From an uncultured Alphaproteobacteria bacterium (GTDB lineage Bacteria; Pseudomonadota; Alphaproteobacteria; Methylaequorales; Methylaequoraceae), in the NCBI GenBank assembly GCA_964473045.1, contig CAYYMX010000001.1:1-42125 (forward strand): 42,125 nt of DNA. The letters are read 5' to 3'. This document shows positions 1 to 9,094 of the stretch, piece by piece (position 1 is the stretch's first letter; every line of letters starts with the position of its first letter). The notes under the pieces are model-generated. The model had not been told where the DNA came from. It did not search any database and saw only the letters and a program-made list of their open reading frames with translations. The translations under genes and the position numbers were made by a program.

Positions 1-22
1 AAAAATGTCTTGAAAAAAAAAT

Positions 23-757
23 ATGGAAAAAAAAATAAGATTAGGAATTAATATAGATCATGTAGCAACTTTAAGAAATGCTAGAAATGAAGATTTCCCC
101 AACCTTATTGATATTGTTAAAATACTAAAAAAATCAAAAGTTGACAGTGTCACTGTTCATCTTAGAGAAGATAGAAGACATATAAAAGATAAGGATGTTA
201 TTGAAATAAAGAAAAAGAATATTTTACCCTTAAATTTAGAAATGGCTGCAACAAAGGAGATGAAAGAAATTTGTATACGCCAGAAACCTTTTGCATGCTG
301 TATTGTTCCTGAGAGAAGAGAAGAATTAACAACTGAAGGAGGTTTGGATGCAAAAGGTCAAAAAAATTTTCTTGGAAACTTTTTACCTGCAATTTTAGAG
401 CGTGGAATTAGAGCATCGCTATTTATTGATCCTGATGTTCAGCAGATCAAAACTGCCAAAGAACTTGGTGTAAATGCTGTGGAATTACATACAGGAAAAT
501 ATGCACGATTATTTAAAGAAGGTAGATTCAAAGGTGAATTACGAAAAATATTATCGGCTGCTAAAGTTTGTTCTGATTTAGGATTAGAATGTCACGCTGG
601 CCATGGACTTAATTTTTTAAATGTGACAAATATTTCCTCAATCCCAGAAATTTCAGAACTCAATATTGGACATTTTCTTATTGCTAATTCAATAATCTTT
701 GGACTTGAAGAAACATTAAAAAGATTAGTGAAAATGGTTAATTATTCTGGTAAGTAA
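23..757 (+). CDS. pdxJ: pyridoxine 5'-phosphate synthase
   Basis: 244-aa ORF. LGINIDHVATLRNAR and HLREDRRHI motifs near the N-terminus and HAGHGLN near the C-terminus are typical of PdxJ. Confidence 0.93.
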   Translation: MEKKIRLGINIDHVATLRNARNEDFPNLIDIVKILKKSKVDSVTVHLREDRRHIKDKDVIEIKKKNILPLNLEMAATKEMKEICIRQKPFACCIVPERREELTTEGGLDAKGQKNFLGNFLPAILERGIRASLFIDPDVQQIKTAKELGVNAVELHTGKYARLFKEGRFKGELRKILSAAKVCSDLGLECHAGHGLNFLNVTNISSIPEISELNIGHFLIANSIIFGLEETLKRLVKMVNYSGK

Positions 758-813
758 TAATAATACACTTTTAATCTAAGATTTTTATTTATTTTTTTTT
801 AAATGTTTTTTTT

Positions 814-830
814 AAAAAAAAAAAAAAAAA
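814..830 (+). repeat. A17 homopolymer (preceded by T8 at 806-813) in the 5' end/leader of lepB
   Basis: Counted directly: 17 consecutive A, the longest homopolymer in the window. It lies between the only upstream ATG (803) and the lepB reading frame. Confidence 0.95.
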
Positions 831-846
831 GTTTAAAGGTAATTTT

Positions 847-1545
847 TTGTCACTATTCTATGCTATTCTTGCCGCTCTTATCTTAAGAAGTTTTTTTTAT
901 GAACCTTTTAGTATTCCATCAGGGTCAATGTACCCTAATCTGTTAGTTGGTGACTATTTATTTGTTTCCAAGCATTCGTATGGTTTTTCAAAACATTCTT
1001 TTCCATTTAGTTTCCCTTTAGTACCAGGTAGAATTTTTTATAAAAAACCTGAAAGAGGTGATGTGGTTGTTTTTAAAACTCCAGAAGATAATAGGACAGA
1101 TTATATTAAAAGATTGATAGGTCTTCCTGGTGATAAAATTAAGATGATCTCTAATGCAATATATATTAATGATCAAAAAATTAATAGAGTTTTTATGATG
1201 AATGAGAAGTATAAAGATTTTGATGTTGAAGTTTTCCAAGAAATTTTACCAAGTGGCAAAAGCTACAATGTTTTTGAATATAAAAAAAGTATCATGAATA
1301 TTACAAATGACTTTAAAGAGATAATTGTTCCGGATGGTAGTTTTTTTGTATTGGGTGATAACAGAGATAATTCTCAAGATAGCAGGTTTATTGGTCCAAT
1401 ACCGAAACTAAATTTTGTAGGTAGAGCTGAGGTGGTCTTTATTTCTTTTGATACTAAGATTGGTAGTTTTCTTAAATTTTGGACGTGGTTTCCAGCTCTC
1501 AGAAAAAATAGATTTTGGGTAAGTTTATTACCTGATGAAAAATAA
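847..1545 (+). CDS. lepB: signal peptidase I
   Basis: SIPSGSMYPNL (catalytic Ser box), RGDVVVFK, YIKRLIGLPGD (Lys box) and GDNRDNSQDSRF box. The TTG start at 847 leaves almost no N-region before the TM helix, so the true start is probably upstream (see finding). Confidence 0.9.
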   Translation: MSLFYAILAALILRSFFYEPFSIPSGSMYPNLLVGDYLFVSKHSYGFSKHSFPFSFPLVPGRIFYKKPERGDVVVFKTPEDNRTDYIKRLIGLPGDKIKMISNAIYINDQKINRVFMMNEKYKDFDVEVFQEILPSGKSYNVFEYKKSIMNITNDFKEIIVPDGSFFVLGDNRDNSQDSRFIGPIPKLNFVGRAEVVFISFDTKIGSFLKFWTWFPALRKNRFWVSLLPDEK

Positions 1546-1556
1546 TAATTGTTTTT

Positions 1557-2222
1557 ATGAGTGAAAATTTACTTTTAATGGAAAAAATTAATTATTCTTT
1601 CGATAATAAATTGTTGTTGGAGATTGCATTGACTCATCCAAGTTACAATTTAATTTCTAAAAAAGAAAACTATGAGAGACTTGAGTTTCTTGGTGATAGA
1701 GTTCTTGGATTAGTTATTTCTGAGAAGCTTTTTAAAAAATTTTATAATGAGTCTGAGGGTGAACTTGCTAAAAGATTTTCTTATCTAGTTTGTAAACAAA
1801 CATTATTAAATGTTGCAAAAGATTTGCAGATTGAAAGGTTTTTAAAAATACATGAAGATTTTAATGGTTTGGCAAATGATTCTATCATTGCCAATTCTCT
1901 TGAAGCATTGATTGGTGCGGTGTATTTGGACTCTAACTTAACCAAAACATCTGAGATTATTTTAAATCTTTGGGAAAAATATATTAAAAAACATACATAT
2001 CCTCCACTTGATCCAAAATCTCAACTTCAAGAATGGTGCTTAAAAAATAATAAAACATTACCTACGTACAATGTTTTAAATAAAGATGGACCTGATCACA
2101 AACCAACTTTTACAGTTGAAGTTGTTTTGCCAGAGGGTTTTTCTGAGTATGCAAATGGGAGAAGCAAACAAGAAGCTGAGATTAATGCTGCAAAAAAATT
2201 AATCGAGAAAATAGTTGAGTAA
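1557..2222 (+). CDS. rnc: ribonuclease III
   Basis: RNase III signature ERLEFLGDRVLGL, a second acidic motif NSLEALIGAVYLD and a C-terminal dsRNA-binding domain (DGPDHKPTFTVEV...GRSKQEAEINAAKK). Confidence 0.94.
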   Translation: MSENLLLMEKINYSFDNKLLLEIALTHPSYNLISKKENYERLEFLGDRVLGLVISEKLFKKFYNESEGELAKRFSYLVCKQTLLNVAKDLQIERFLKIHEDFNGLANDSIIANSLEALIGAVYLDSNLTKTSEIILNLWEKYIKKHTYPPLDPKSQLQEWCLKNNKTLPTYNVLNKDGPDHKPTFTVEVVLPEGFSEYANGRSKQEAEINAAKKLIEKIVE

Positions 2223-3066
2223 AAAAAGATGTGGAATAATTTCTTTAACTGGTTTTTCAAATGCAGGAAAATCTACATTAATAAACAGATTAATTAATAA
2301 AAAAGTTTCGATTGTTTCCTCAAAAGTTCAGACCACTAGAAATGAAATTAGAGGAATTATAAATTATGATTGTGCCCAGTATATCTTTATTGATACGCCA
2401 GGCATTATTAAGAATCCTAAAAAAATTAAAGAGAGTCATTATTTAAATCCCAAGGATTTTAATCAAATTGATATAAACCTATTTATTTTTGACTCGTCAA
2501 AAGAAAAATTACCTAGAGATATTAAAGCAATAAATGAAACTCTTGCAAATTTTAAAAATAATATTTTGGTTTTAAATAAGATTGATTTAATTCCAAAAAA
2601 AGAGTTGCTTAGTATTTCAATGAAAATGAATGATTCCTTTAAATTTTCTGAAACATTTATGATTTCAGGAAAAAAAAATCTGGGGATAATCTTCTTATTA
2701 AAAAAAATTAAAGACTATTTACCAGAAAAAAAATGGATATATAAAACTTCTTCATTTACAGATAAGAATTTAGAATTTCAGATTTCCGAAATTACAAGGG
2801 AGAAAGTATTTCAACTTATAAATCAGGAGTTGCCATATGAACTTAAAATAGTTTCGTCCATTAAAAGAATAAGTGGTAATATTAAAATCTTTCAAAGTAT
2901 TGTTATCTTTAAAGAATCTCATAAAGCTATAATTATTGGAAAAAATGGTAGTAAAATTAAGCAGATTGGGATGAGAGCGCGTGTTGATATAGAAAAAATA
3001 TTTAAAAAAAAGATTTATCTAGATTTAGTTGTTGTTGTTAAAAGAAGTATAAAGAGTCTTGAATAA
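2215..3066 (+). CDS. era: GTPase Era
   Basis: P-loop GFSNAGKSTL, DTPG, NKID, and a C-terminal KH domain (IIGKNGSKIKQIG). The TTG start overlaps the rnc stop by 8 nt. The rnc-era-recO order is conserved. Confidence 0.92.
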   Translation: MSKKRCGIISLTGFSNAGKSTLINRLINKKVSIVSSKVQTTRNEIRGIINYDCAQYIFIDTPGIIKNPKKIKESHYLNPKDFNQIDINLFIFDSSKEKLPRDIKAINETLANFKNNILVLNKIDLIPKKELLSISMKMNDSFKFSETFMISGKKNLGIIFLLKKIKDYLPEKKWIYKTSSFTDKNLEFQISEITREKVFQLINQELPYELKIVSSIKRISGNIKIFQSIVIFKESHKAIIIGKNGSKIKQIGMRARVDIEKIFKKKIYLDLVVVVKRSIKSLE

Positions 3067-3767
3067 TGAAAGTTTCTGACCATGGTTTTTTTTTAGCAAG
3101 TAGAAACTATAGTGAAAAAACTAAAATTATTCATGTTTTCTCCAAAGAGAATGGTGTTGTCAAGGGTTTAACTAGGCAAAAGAAAAATTTATATTTAATA
3201 AACCTTGATCGAATGCATTTTATTTGGAAATGTAAAGATAGGAATGGACTGGGTTTCATAACGTTTGAAGTGCAAAAATCTTCTTACAGTGATAGTCAAG
3301 ATTATATCAAAACACTTATTAAGGCTTCAGCATCTGAATTATGCTTGAAATTTTTACCAATTTGGCAAAAGAATGAGGAGATTTTTGAAGATTTAGAAGA
3401 TCTAATAATCTTTTTTGAAAAATTAGACTCGTTATCTATATTGTCCAAATATATTTTTTGGGAAATGAATTTTTTAAGAAACTTAGGTTACGGACTAAAT
3501 CTTAATAAATGTTCGGTAACAGGAGAACCAAATGCTCACTTTTTGTCTCCAAGATCTGGTAATGCAGTTTGCTATGAGGTAGGAAAAAAATATGAAAATA
3601 AATTATTTAAAATACCTAATTTTTTGTTAAATAACTGTTCTGTTATCAACAAAAACGAACTAGCTGAAGCTTTGAAAATTTCAGGGTATTTTTTTTACAA
3701 AATTTTAAATGACAAAAAGTTAAAATTGATTTTTAGAGATCAAATACTAAAAAAATTAAGTGACTAA
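3066..3767 (+). CDS. recO: DNA repair protein RecO
   Basis: 233-aa ORF directly after era (TAATG overlap). N-terminal OB-fold-like segment (GFFLASRNYSEKTKIIHVFSKENGVVKG) and a Cys-containing middle region, with conserved synteny. The sequence is divergent. Confidence 0.78.
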   Translation: MKVSDHGFFLASRNYSEKTKIIHVFSKENGVVKGLTRQKKNLYLINLDRMHFIWKCKDRNGLGFITFEVQKSSYSDSQDYIKTLIKASASELCLKFLPIWQKNEEIFEDLEDLIIFFEKLDSLSILSKYIFWEMNFLRNLGYGLNLNKCSVTGEPNAHFLSPRSGNAVCYEVGKKYENKLFKIPNFLLNNCSVINKNELAEALKISGYFFYKILNDKKLKLIFRDQILKKLSD

Positions 3768-4487
3768 ATCATTCTTAATAGTCCACTTTCCATCAAAAAA
3801 AAACTCTACGCTATTGAAAGTTATTTTGTAGTCCATTTTAGTTGAATTTTTAACCCAATACCCAAGGTAAAGATAAGGCAATTCTTTTTTCTTAAGATTT
3901 TCTAGCAATCTCAAGATTAAATTTTTACCAAGTCCAAAATTTTTATAATCAGGATCATAGAAACTGTAAACAGCAGAATAACCATCTTCAAGAACATCTA
4001 CCAGTATTGATCCATACAAAACATTCCAACTGTCAAAAAGATCAAAAACCAACTGTTTACATGATTTATTGTATAAAAAATTTTCAAATTCTTTTTTTCT
4101 CATTTTATGCATTTGTCCATCCAAATGCCTTGCTTTAGAATATTTTTTAAATAAATTAAATCTTTTATTAACAAATTTCTTCTCTTCTTGTCTAAACTTT
4201 AAACCTTTATTCAAATTCAAATTTCTTTTACTGCTTTTGGTGAATTTAAAATTCATCACATTGATTCTTGATGAAATACATGATGAGCATTTTTCACATA
4301 TTGGTATATACATGTGGTCCAGATTTCTTCTAAAACCATTTCTAGTTAATTCACTAATCAGTAAATTGTCATTTGAAGAATTATTTAAATCTATATAAAG
4401 TCTTTTTTCAATATTGCCTTTTATATATGAACATGGAAATCCAAAAGATCTTTTAAAAGTAATTTTAGTATTTTTGTAAATATCCAA
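3756..4487 (-). CDS. bpt: arginyl/leucyl-tRNA--protein transferase family (ATE/Bpt, aspartate/glutamate leucyltransferase)
   Basis: 243 aa. N-terminal Cys cluster (CEKCSSCISSR), GFRR, and C-terminal SAVYSFYDPD...LGYWV motifs characteristic of bacterial Bpt/ATE proteins. Confidence 0.8.
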   Translation of the reverse strand: MDIYKNTKITFKRSFGFPCSYIKGNIEKRLYIDLNNSSNDNLLISELTRNGFRRNLDHMYIPICEKCSSCISSRINVMNFKFTKSSKRNLNLNKGLKFRQEEKKFVNKRFNLFKKYSKARHLDGQMHKMRKKEFENFLYNKSCKQLVFDLFDSWNVLYGSILVDVLEDGYSAVYSFYDPDYKNFGLGKNLILRLLENLKKKELPYLYLGYWVKNSTKMDYKITFNSVEFFFDGKWTIKNDLVT

Positions 4488-4488
4488 A

Positions 4489-5847
4489 TCAAGTCAACGC
4501 TAGAAGTTGAATGTCAGCAACATTAGTATTAGTTCCATTTATTATGACAAGTGATTCAATTTTTTGCAAGACGTTGTAGGAGTTATTATTTTTTAATTCA
4601 TTAGATAAGTTTATTTTTTTTCTTTTAATTTGATCCAATGAATCATTATTAATTATTGCTCCTGCGGCATTCGTTGGGCCATCACGACCATCTGTGCCTG
4701 CAGATAATATTGTGAATTGAAGTGATGGAATTTCCTTTTTTACTTTTCTTAGAAACTGTAAAGCAAACTCTTGATTTCTTCCACCTTTTCCTTCCCCGGT
4801 AATTTTAACAGTTGTTTCACCTCCAGAGATTAAAATTATTGGTTTTTTAAATTTATTTTTTTTTAGATTATCAACAAAAATTTTGGCTAAGTCTATAACA
4901 GTTTCATCCACATTGGTAATCCAAATTTTGGATCTAATTTTATTCTTGTCGCAGAATTCTTTTAAATTTTTTAGGCATAGATAATTACTTCCAATGAGGG
5001 TGTTTTTAGAAATTTTAAATATACTATCGTTTTTTTTTGGTGTCTCAAGTTTAGGGTCAGTTAATCCTTTTTGAAAAAAAAACCTATTCTTTTCCGAAAT
5101 CTTTTTCCAAATCTTTCGTTTTATTAAAATTCTTTTTACATCTGCAAAAGTAGTTTTGTCTGGGACTGTGATACCACTTGCAATTGAACTTAAATCATCA
5201 CCTATAACATCTGAAAGAATAAAACTATGAACTTTAGATGGGTTGCAAATTTTCACTAGATTTCCACCTTTAATCTGTGATATGTGTTTTCTTACAGTAT
5301 TAATTTCTGAAATATTTGCTCCTGATTTGAGAAGTAATTCATTTATTTTGATTTTTTGTTTTAGTGTGAATTGTTTTACTGGCAAAGGTAACATTGCCGA
5401 TCCTCCACCAGAAATAAAAACTAAAACTAAATCATTTATTGTAGATCTTTTAAGATATTTTACTATATATTTTGAGGCCTTTAATCCATTTTGGTTTGGT
5501 ATTGGATGCCCTGAAACAAAACAATTAAATCCTTCAACTTTTTTGAAGTTTTCTTTATTTACAACAACAACACCATTTTCTATTTTGCACTTAGATTTTG
5601 ACAAAATTTTTTTAATTGTTTCTGCCATGTCAACTGCAGCTTTTCCTACACAAATTGTGTATATTCTTTCAATATTCTGGTAAGTACATTTTTCTGAAGA
5701 ATCTTTTACCGTAATACAGTTTTTATTAACACTAATAAAGTTTTTAAGAATATTTCTTGGTTGTACTCTTGAAATGCCATAATTGAAAATTCGAAGGAGT
5801 AGTTTATTTAAATTTTTTTTTTTCCCTTCAACCCTAATAGAGTTCAT
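4489..5847 (-). CDS. glycerate 2-kinase (DUF4147/MOFRL family, often annotated hydroxypyruvate reductase TtuD)
   Basis: 452 aa. GKAA, SGHPIP, ISGGGSA, ISGGETTV and GKGGRNQEF...SAGTDGRDGPT motifs of the MOFRL glycerate kinase family. Confidence 0.82.
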   Translation of the reverse strand: MNSIRVEGKKKNLNKLLLRIFNYGISRVQPRNILKNFISVNKNCITVKDSSEKCTYQNIERIYTICVGKAAVDMAETIKKILSKSKCKIENGVVVVNKENFKKVEGFNCFVSGHPIPNQNGLKASKYIVKYLKRSTINDLVLVFISGGGSAMLPLPVKQFTLKQKIKINELLLKSGANISEINTVRKHISQIKGGNLVKICNPSKVHSFILSDVIGDDLSSIASGITVPDKTTFADVKRILIKRKIWKKISEKNRFFFQKGLTDPKLETPKKNDSIFKISKNTLIGSNYLCLKNLKEFCDKNKIRSKIWITNVDETVIDLAKIFVDNLKKNKFKKPIILISGGETTVKITGEGKGGRNQEFALQFLRKVKKEIPSLQFTILSAGTDGRDGPTNAAGAIINNDSLDQIKRKKINLSNELKNNNSYNVLQKIESLVIINGTNTNVADIQLLALT

Positions 5848-5854
5848 TGCAAAA

Positions 5855-6826
5855 TTACACTACCCTATCTCGTGGTTCCTTATTATCAAAAAAAGCACAT
5901 ATATTTTCAAATACTCTCATTCCCATCGCTGTTCTTGTTTCTTCGGTAGCACTTCCAAGGTGTGGGAGCAAAAACACATTTTTTAACTCTAGAAGTTTTG
6001 AATTAACTTTTGGTTCCGCTTCATAGACATCAAGTCCAGCTCCTTTAATGATTTTTTCTTCAAGAACTTTAACTAAATCATCTTCAACCACAATGTCACC
6101 TCTGGCTGTATTGATAAGATATGCCGTTTTTTTCATTGCAGATAAGTTTTTGTAATTCATTAAACCTTGAGTTTCCTGAGTTGATGGGCAATGCAATGAG
6201 ACAAAGTCAGCCTCAGAAAGAAGATCTTCGATATTTTTACAAGCTTTTGCTTTAAATTTACTAACCACTTCTTGATTGTCAAAATAAGGATCAAAAAAAA
6301 TTATTTTCATACCAAAGCCGAAATGGGATTTTTGAGCCATTGCTTGGGCAATTCTCCCCATGCCCACCAAACCAAGAGTTTTTCCAGTAACTTTTGTTCC
6401 CATCATATGGGTAGGCCTCCAACCAGTCCATTCCTTCTTTCTGACATGGTATTCTCCTTCAGACCCTCTTCTAGACACTCCCAACATTAGAAGCATTGCA
6501 ATGTCAGCAGTGCAATCTGTAAGAACTTCTGGAGTATTTGTAACAACAATATTTTTTGATTTAGCAGACTCAATATCGATATTATTAAAACCTACTCCAA
6601 AGTTTCCAATAATTTTAACTTTTCTATCTGAACATGAAATAATATTTTGATTTATTTTATCGGTAACTGTTGGCAGCAAAGCATCATACTCTTGCATTGC
6701 TTTAACAAGTTCTTCTTCAGTTAAGGGTTTGTCCTCATTATTTAGAGTTGTTTGAAAATTTTCTTTTAGCCTTTCTTCAACGGAATCAGGCCATTTTCTT
6801 GTTACTAATATTTTATAATTTTGCAT
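5855..6826 (-). CDS. D-isomer-specific 2-hydroxyacid dehydrogenase (glyoxylate/hydroxypyruvate reductase)
   Basis: 323 aa. NAD fold GLVGMGRIAQAMA, catalytic-region motifs INTARG and PHLGSAT. Confidence 0.87.
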   Translation of the reverse strand: MQNYKILVTRKWPDSVEERLKENFQTTLNNEDKPLTEEELVKAMQEYDALLPTVTDKINQNIISCSDRKVKIIGNFGVGFNNIDIESAKSKNIVVTNTPEVLTDCTADIAMLLMLGVSRRGSEGEYHVRKKEWTGWRPTHMMGTKVTGKTLGLVGMGRIAQAMAQKSHFGFGMKIIFFDPYFDNQEVVSKFKAKACKNIEDLLSEADFVSLHCPSTQETQGLMNYKNLSAMKKTAYLINTARGDIVVEDDLVKVLEEKIIKGAGLDVYEAEPKVNSKLLELKNVFLLPHLGSATEETRTAMGMRVFENICAFFDNKEPRDRVV

Positions 6827-6832
6827 TTTCTT

Positions 6833-8014
6833 CTATAAAGTTTTTCTCCAATATTCAGAAGCTGCTGCAATTCCACTACCCGGTTTAACTGAAAACCCAC
6901 AGTCAATCATTGCCATTTCTGCACCTGAAATTGCTGCTGCTACTTGGAGTTCATTTAAATCACCTAAATGCCCAATCCTAAAAACTTTTCCTGCCACTTT
7001 TGTTAATCCCGCACCAAGTGAAAGGTGATACTTTTGGAATGCCGTGGATATAACTTCTTTTGCATCTTTGTTTTCGGGAACAACGATGGCAGTCACAGTA
7101 TCGGAATGCCAATATTTATCTTTGGCACACAAATCTAATTTCCAACCTTCAATCACAGCCTTTCGAACTCCTTCAGCAATTCTGTTATGTCTTTTGAAAA
7201 CATTTTCTAACCCTTCTTCGAAAATCATATTACATGACTCTTGAAGTGCTCTAAGCATTGGTATTTGGGGAGTATAAGGGAAATAACCATCCTTATTTGT
7301 TGCTATTTGATCCTCCCATGAAAAATAACATCTTTTCAATTTTGCAGAACTGTGAGCCTCAAGGGCTTTTTGACTAACACACATAATTGCCATGCCTGAT
7401 GGTAACATAAATCCTTTCTGAGAGCCTGATATTGCACAATCAACTCCCCATTCGTCCATTTTAAAATCAATTGAAGCAATAGAACTAACTCCATCAACAA
7501 AAAGGAGGGCAGGGTGACTGGCAGAATCAATTGCATCTCTGATATCCTTTACATGAGATGTAACTCCTGTAGCTGTTTCATTTTGAGTTACACATACAAC
7601 TTTGATTTCTTTGTTAGTATCTGCCTTGAGAATTTTTTCAACATCTTCTGGTGGTGTTCCAGTTCCCCATTCTCTATCAATTATCTGAGTGTTTAAGCCT
7701 AATCTTTCAAACATGTCTGCCCATAAATGGCTAAATTGCCCATATCTATAAATCAAAACTTTTTCATTTGGAGACATGGTACTTGTAATTGCTGACTCCC
7801 ATGCACCAGTGCCTGACCCTGGGAATAAAAAAACTTGTCCTTTCTCTGATTTAAAGACTTTTTTAACGTCTTTATAAAGAGGAATAGTGAGTTCAGGTAT
7901 TTCTGGGTTTCTTTGGTCTTCAGATGAAATATGCATTGCATTTAAAATTCTTTCTGGAATATTAGTTGGGCCTGGAATAAAAATATGAAATCTTCCTGGA
8001 TGTTTTCGTGCCAT
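6833..8014 (-). CDS. class V aminotransferase, serine--glyoxylate / alanine--glyoxylate aminotransferase type
   Basis: 393 aa. IPGPTNIP N-terminus, PLP-lysine context SGSQKGFMLPSG, C-terminal FRIGHLG. AGGAG RBS 7 nt upstream on the minus strand. Confidence 0.86.
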   Translation of the reverse strand: MARKHPGRFHIFIPGPTNIPERILNAMHISSEDQRNPEIPELTIPLYKDVKKVFKSEKGQVFLFPGSGTGAWESAITSTMSPNEKVLIYRYGQFSHLWADMFERLGLNTQIIDREWGTGTPPEDVEKILKADTNKEIKVVCVTQNETATGVTSHVKDIRDAIDSASHPALLFVDGVSSIASIDFKMDEWGVDCAISGSQKGFMLPSGMAIMCVSQKALEAHSSAKLKRCYFSWEDQIATNKDGYFPYTPQIPMLRALQESCNMIFEEGLENVFKRHNRIAEGVRKAVIEGWKLDLCAKDKYWHSDTVTAIVVPENKDAKEVISTAFQKYHLSLGAGLTKVAGKVFRIGHLGDLNELQVAAAISGAEMAMIDCGFSVKPGSGIAAASEYWRKTL

Positions 8015-8089
8015 TTGAATCTCCTAATTTGTTATGCGGTAGGTTATTTTTTAATCTTATAACACTCAAAAATCAAGTTTATTATTAGA

Positions 8090-9091
8090 TTATTTCAATA
8101 GTAGATTTACCGCTTCTTTGGAGAAGTATGAGAAAATTAGATCAGCTCCAGACCTTTTAATGCATGCTAAACTCTCAAGAATAATCTTATCATAATCAAA
8201 GATTTTTTTTTCTGCAGTATTTTTAATCATCGAATATTCCCCACTAACTTGAAATGCAGCAATTGGAACCAAACAATTATCTTTTAGATCTCTGACAATA
8301 TCTAGATAATATCCCGCAGGTTTTACCATAACAATGTCTGCACCTTCATGAATATCTTCGAGAGATTCTTTTATTGATTCTCTTCTGTTTCTGTAATCTA
8401 TTTGATAAGTTTTTTTATTTGATTTTCTTAATTTTTTTTGGCTTCCAAGTGCATCTCTAAACGGAGAATAAAAATTAGAACAAAATTTTGAACTGTAAGA
8501 TAATATGCAGGTATCAAAGAATCCATTTTTTTCCAAACTTTCTCGAATGATTTTAATTCTCCCATCCATCATATCGCTAGGTGCTATAACTTTACATCCA
8601 TTATGTACAAAATTTAAAGACATTTTTTCTAAAATCTTTATAGTTCGGTCATTCTCAATTTTTCCTTTGGAATTTGTTATACCATCATGTCCAGTTTCGG
8701 TGTATGCATCAAGTGCAACATCGCAAATTGTAATTAAATCAGGAAACTCTTTACTTATTTTCTTCAAAAGTCTACAAACTAAGTTGTTTTCGTTATAACT
8801 CTCGCAAGCATCATGGGTTTTTTTTTCATCTGGTATCTTTGGAAATAATGAAATAGCCTTTATCCCAAGTTTACTAATCTCACCCAATTCATGTATTAAC
8901 TCGGATTCAGAAAATCTCCTTATCCCAGGCATTTTTTTAATTAAAGCTTCATCATTTTTTTCTCTAACAAAATAAGGCATTACCAAATCATCGATTTTTA
9001 AAAAACTTTCGGCAACAAGGTCTCTTAAAGATTTTGAGCTTCTCAACCTTCTCCCTCTATGAAAGGGATAACCTCTAGAATTGAATTGCAT
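8090..9091 (-). CDS. hemB: porphobilinogen synthase (delta-aminolevulinate dehydratase)
   Basis: 333 aa. RRLR N-terminus, APSDMMDGR, active-site Lys context IVMVKPA, FQVSGEY. Confidence 0.94.
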   Translation of the reverse strand: MQFNSRGYPFHRGRRLRSSKSLRDLVAESFLKIDDLVMPYFVREKNDEALIKKMPGIRRFSESELIHELGEISKLGIKAISLFPKIPDEKKTHDACESYNENNLVCRLLKKISKEFPDLITICDVALDAYTETGHDGITNSKGKIENDRTIKILEKMSLNFVHNGCKVIAPSDMMDGRIKIIRESLEKNGFFDTCILSYSSKFCSNFYSPFRDALGSQKKLRKSNKKTYQIDYRNRRESIKESLEDIHEGADIVMVKPAGYYLDIVRDLKDNCLVPIAAFQVSGEYSMIKNTAEKKIFDYDKIILESLACIKRSGADLIFSYFSKEAVNLLLK

Positions 9092-9094
9092 GGT

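Noticed and set aside
806-830. T8/A17 as a hairpin transcription terminator after pdxJ.
   Set aside because: A pure A:T stem with no loop or G/C clamp is not a credible intrinsic terminator. The tract is better explained as part of the lepB 5' coding region.
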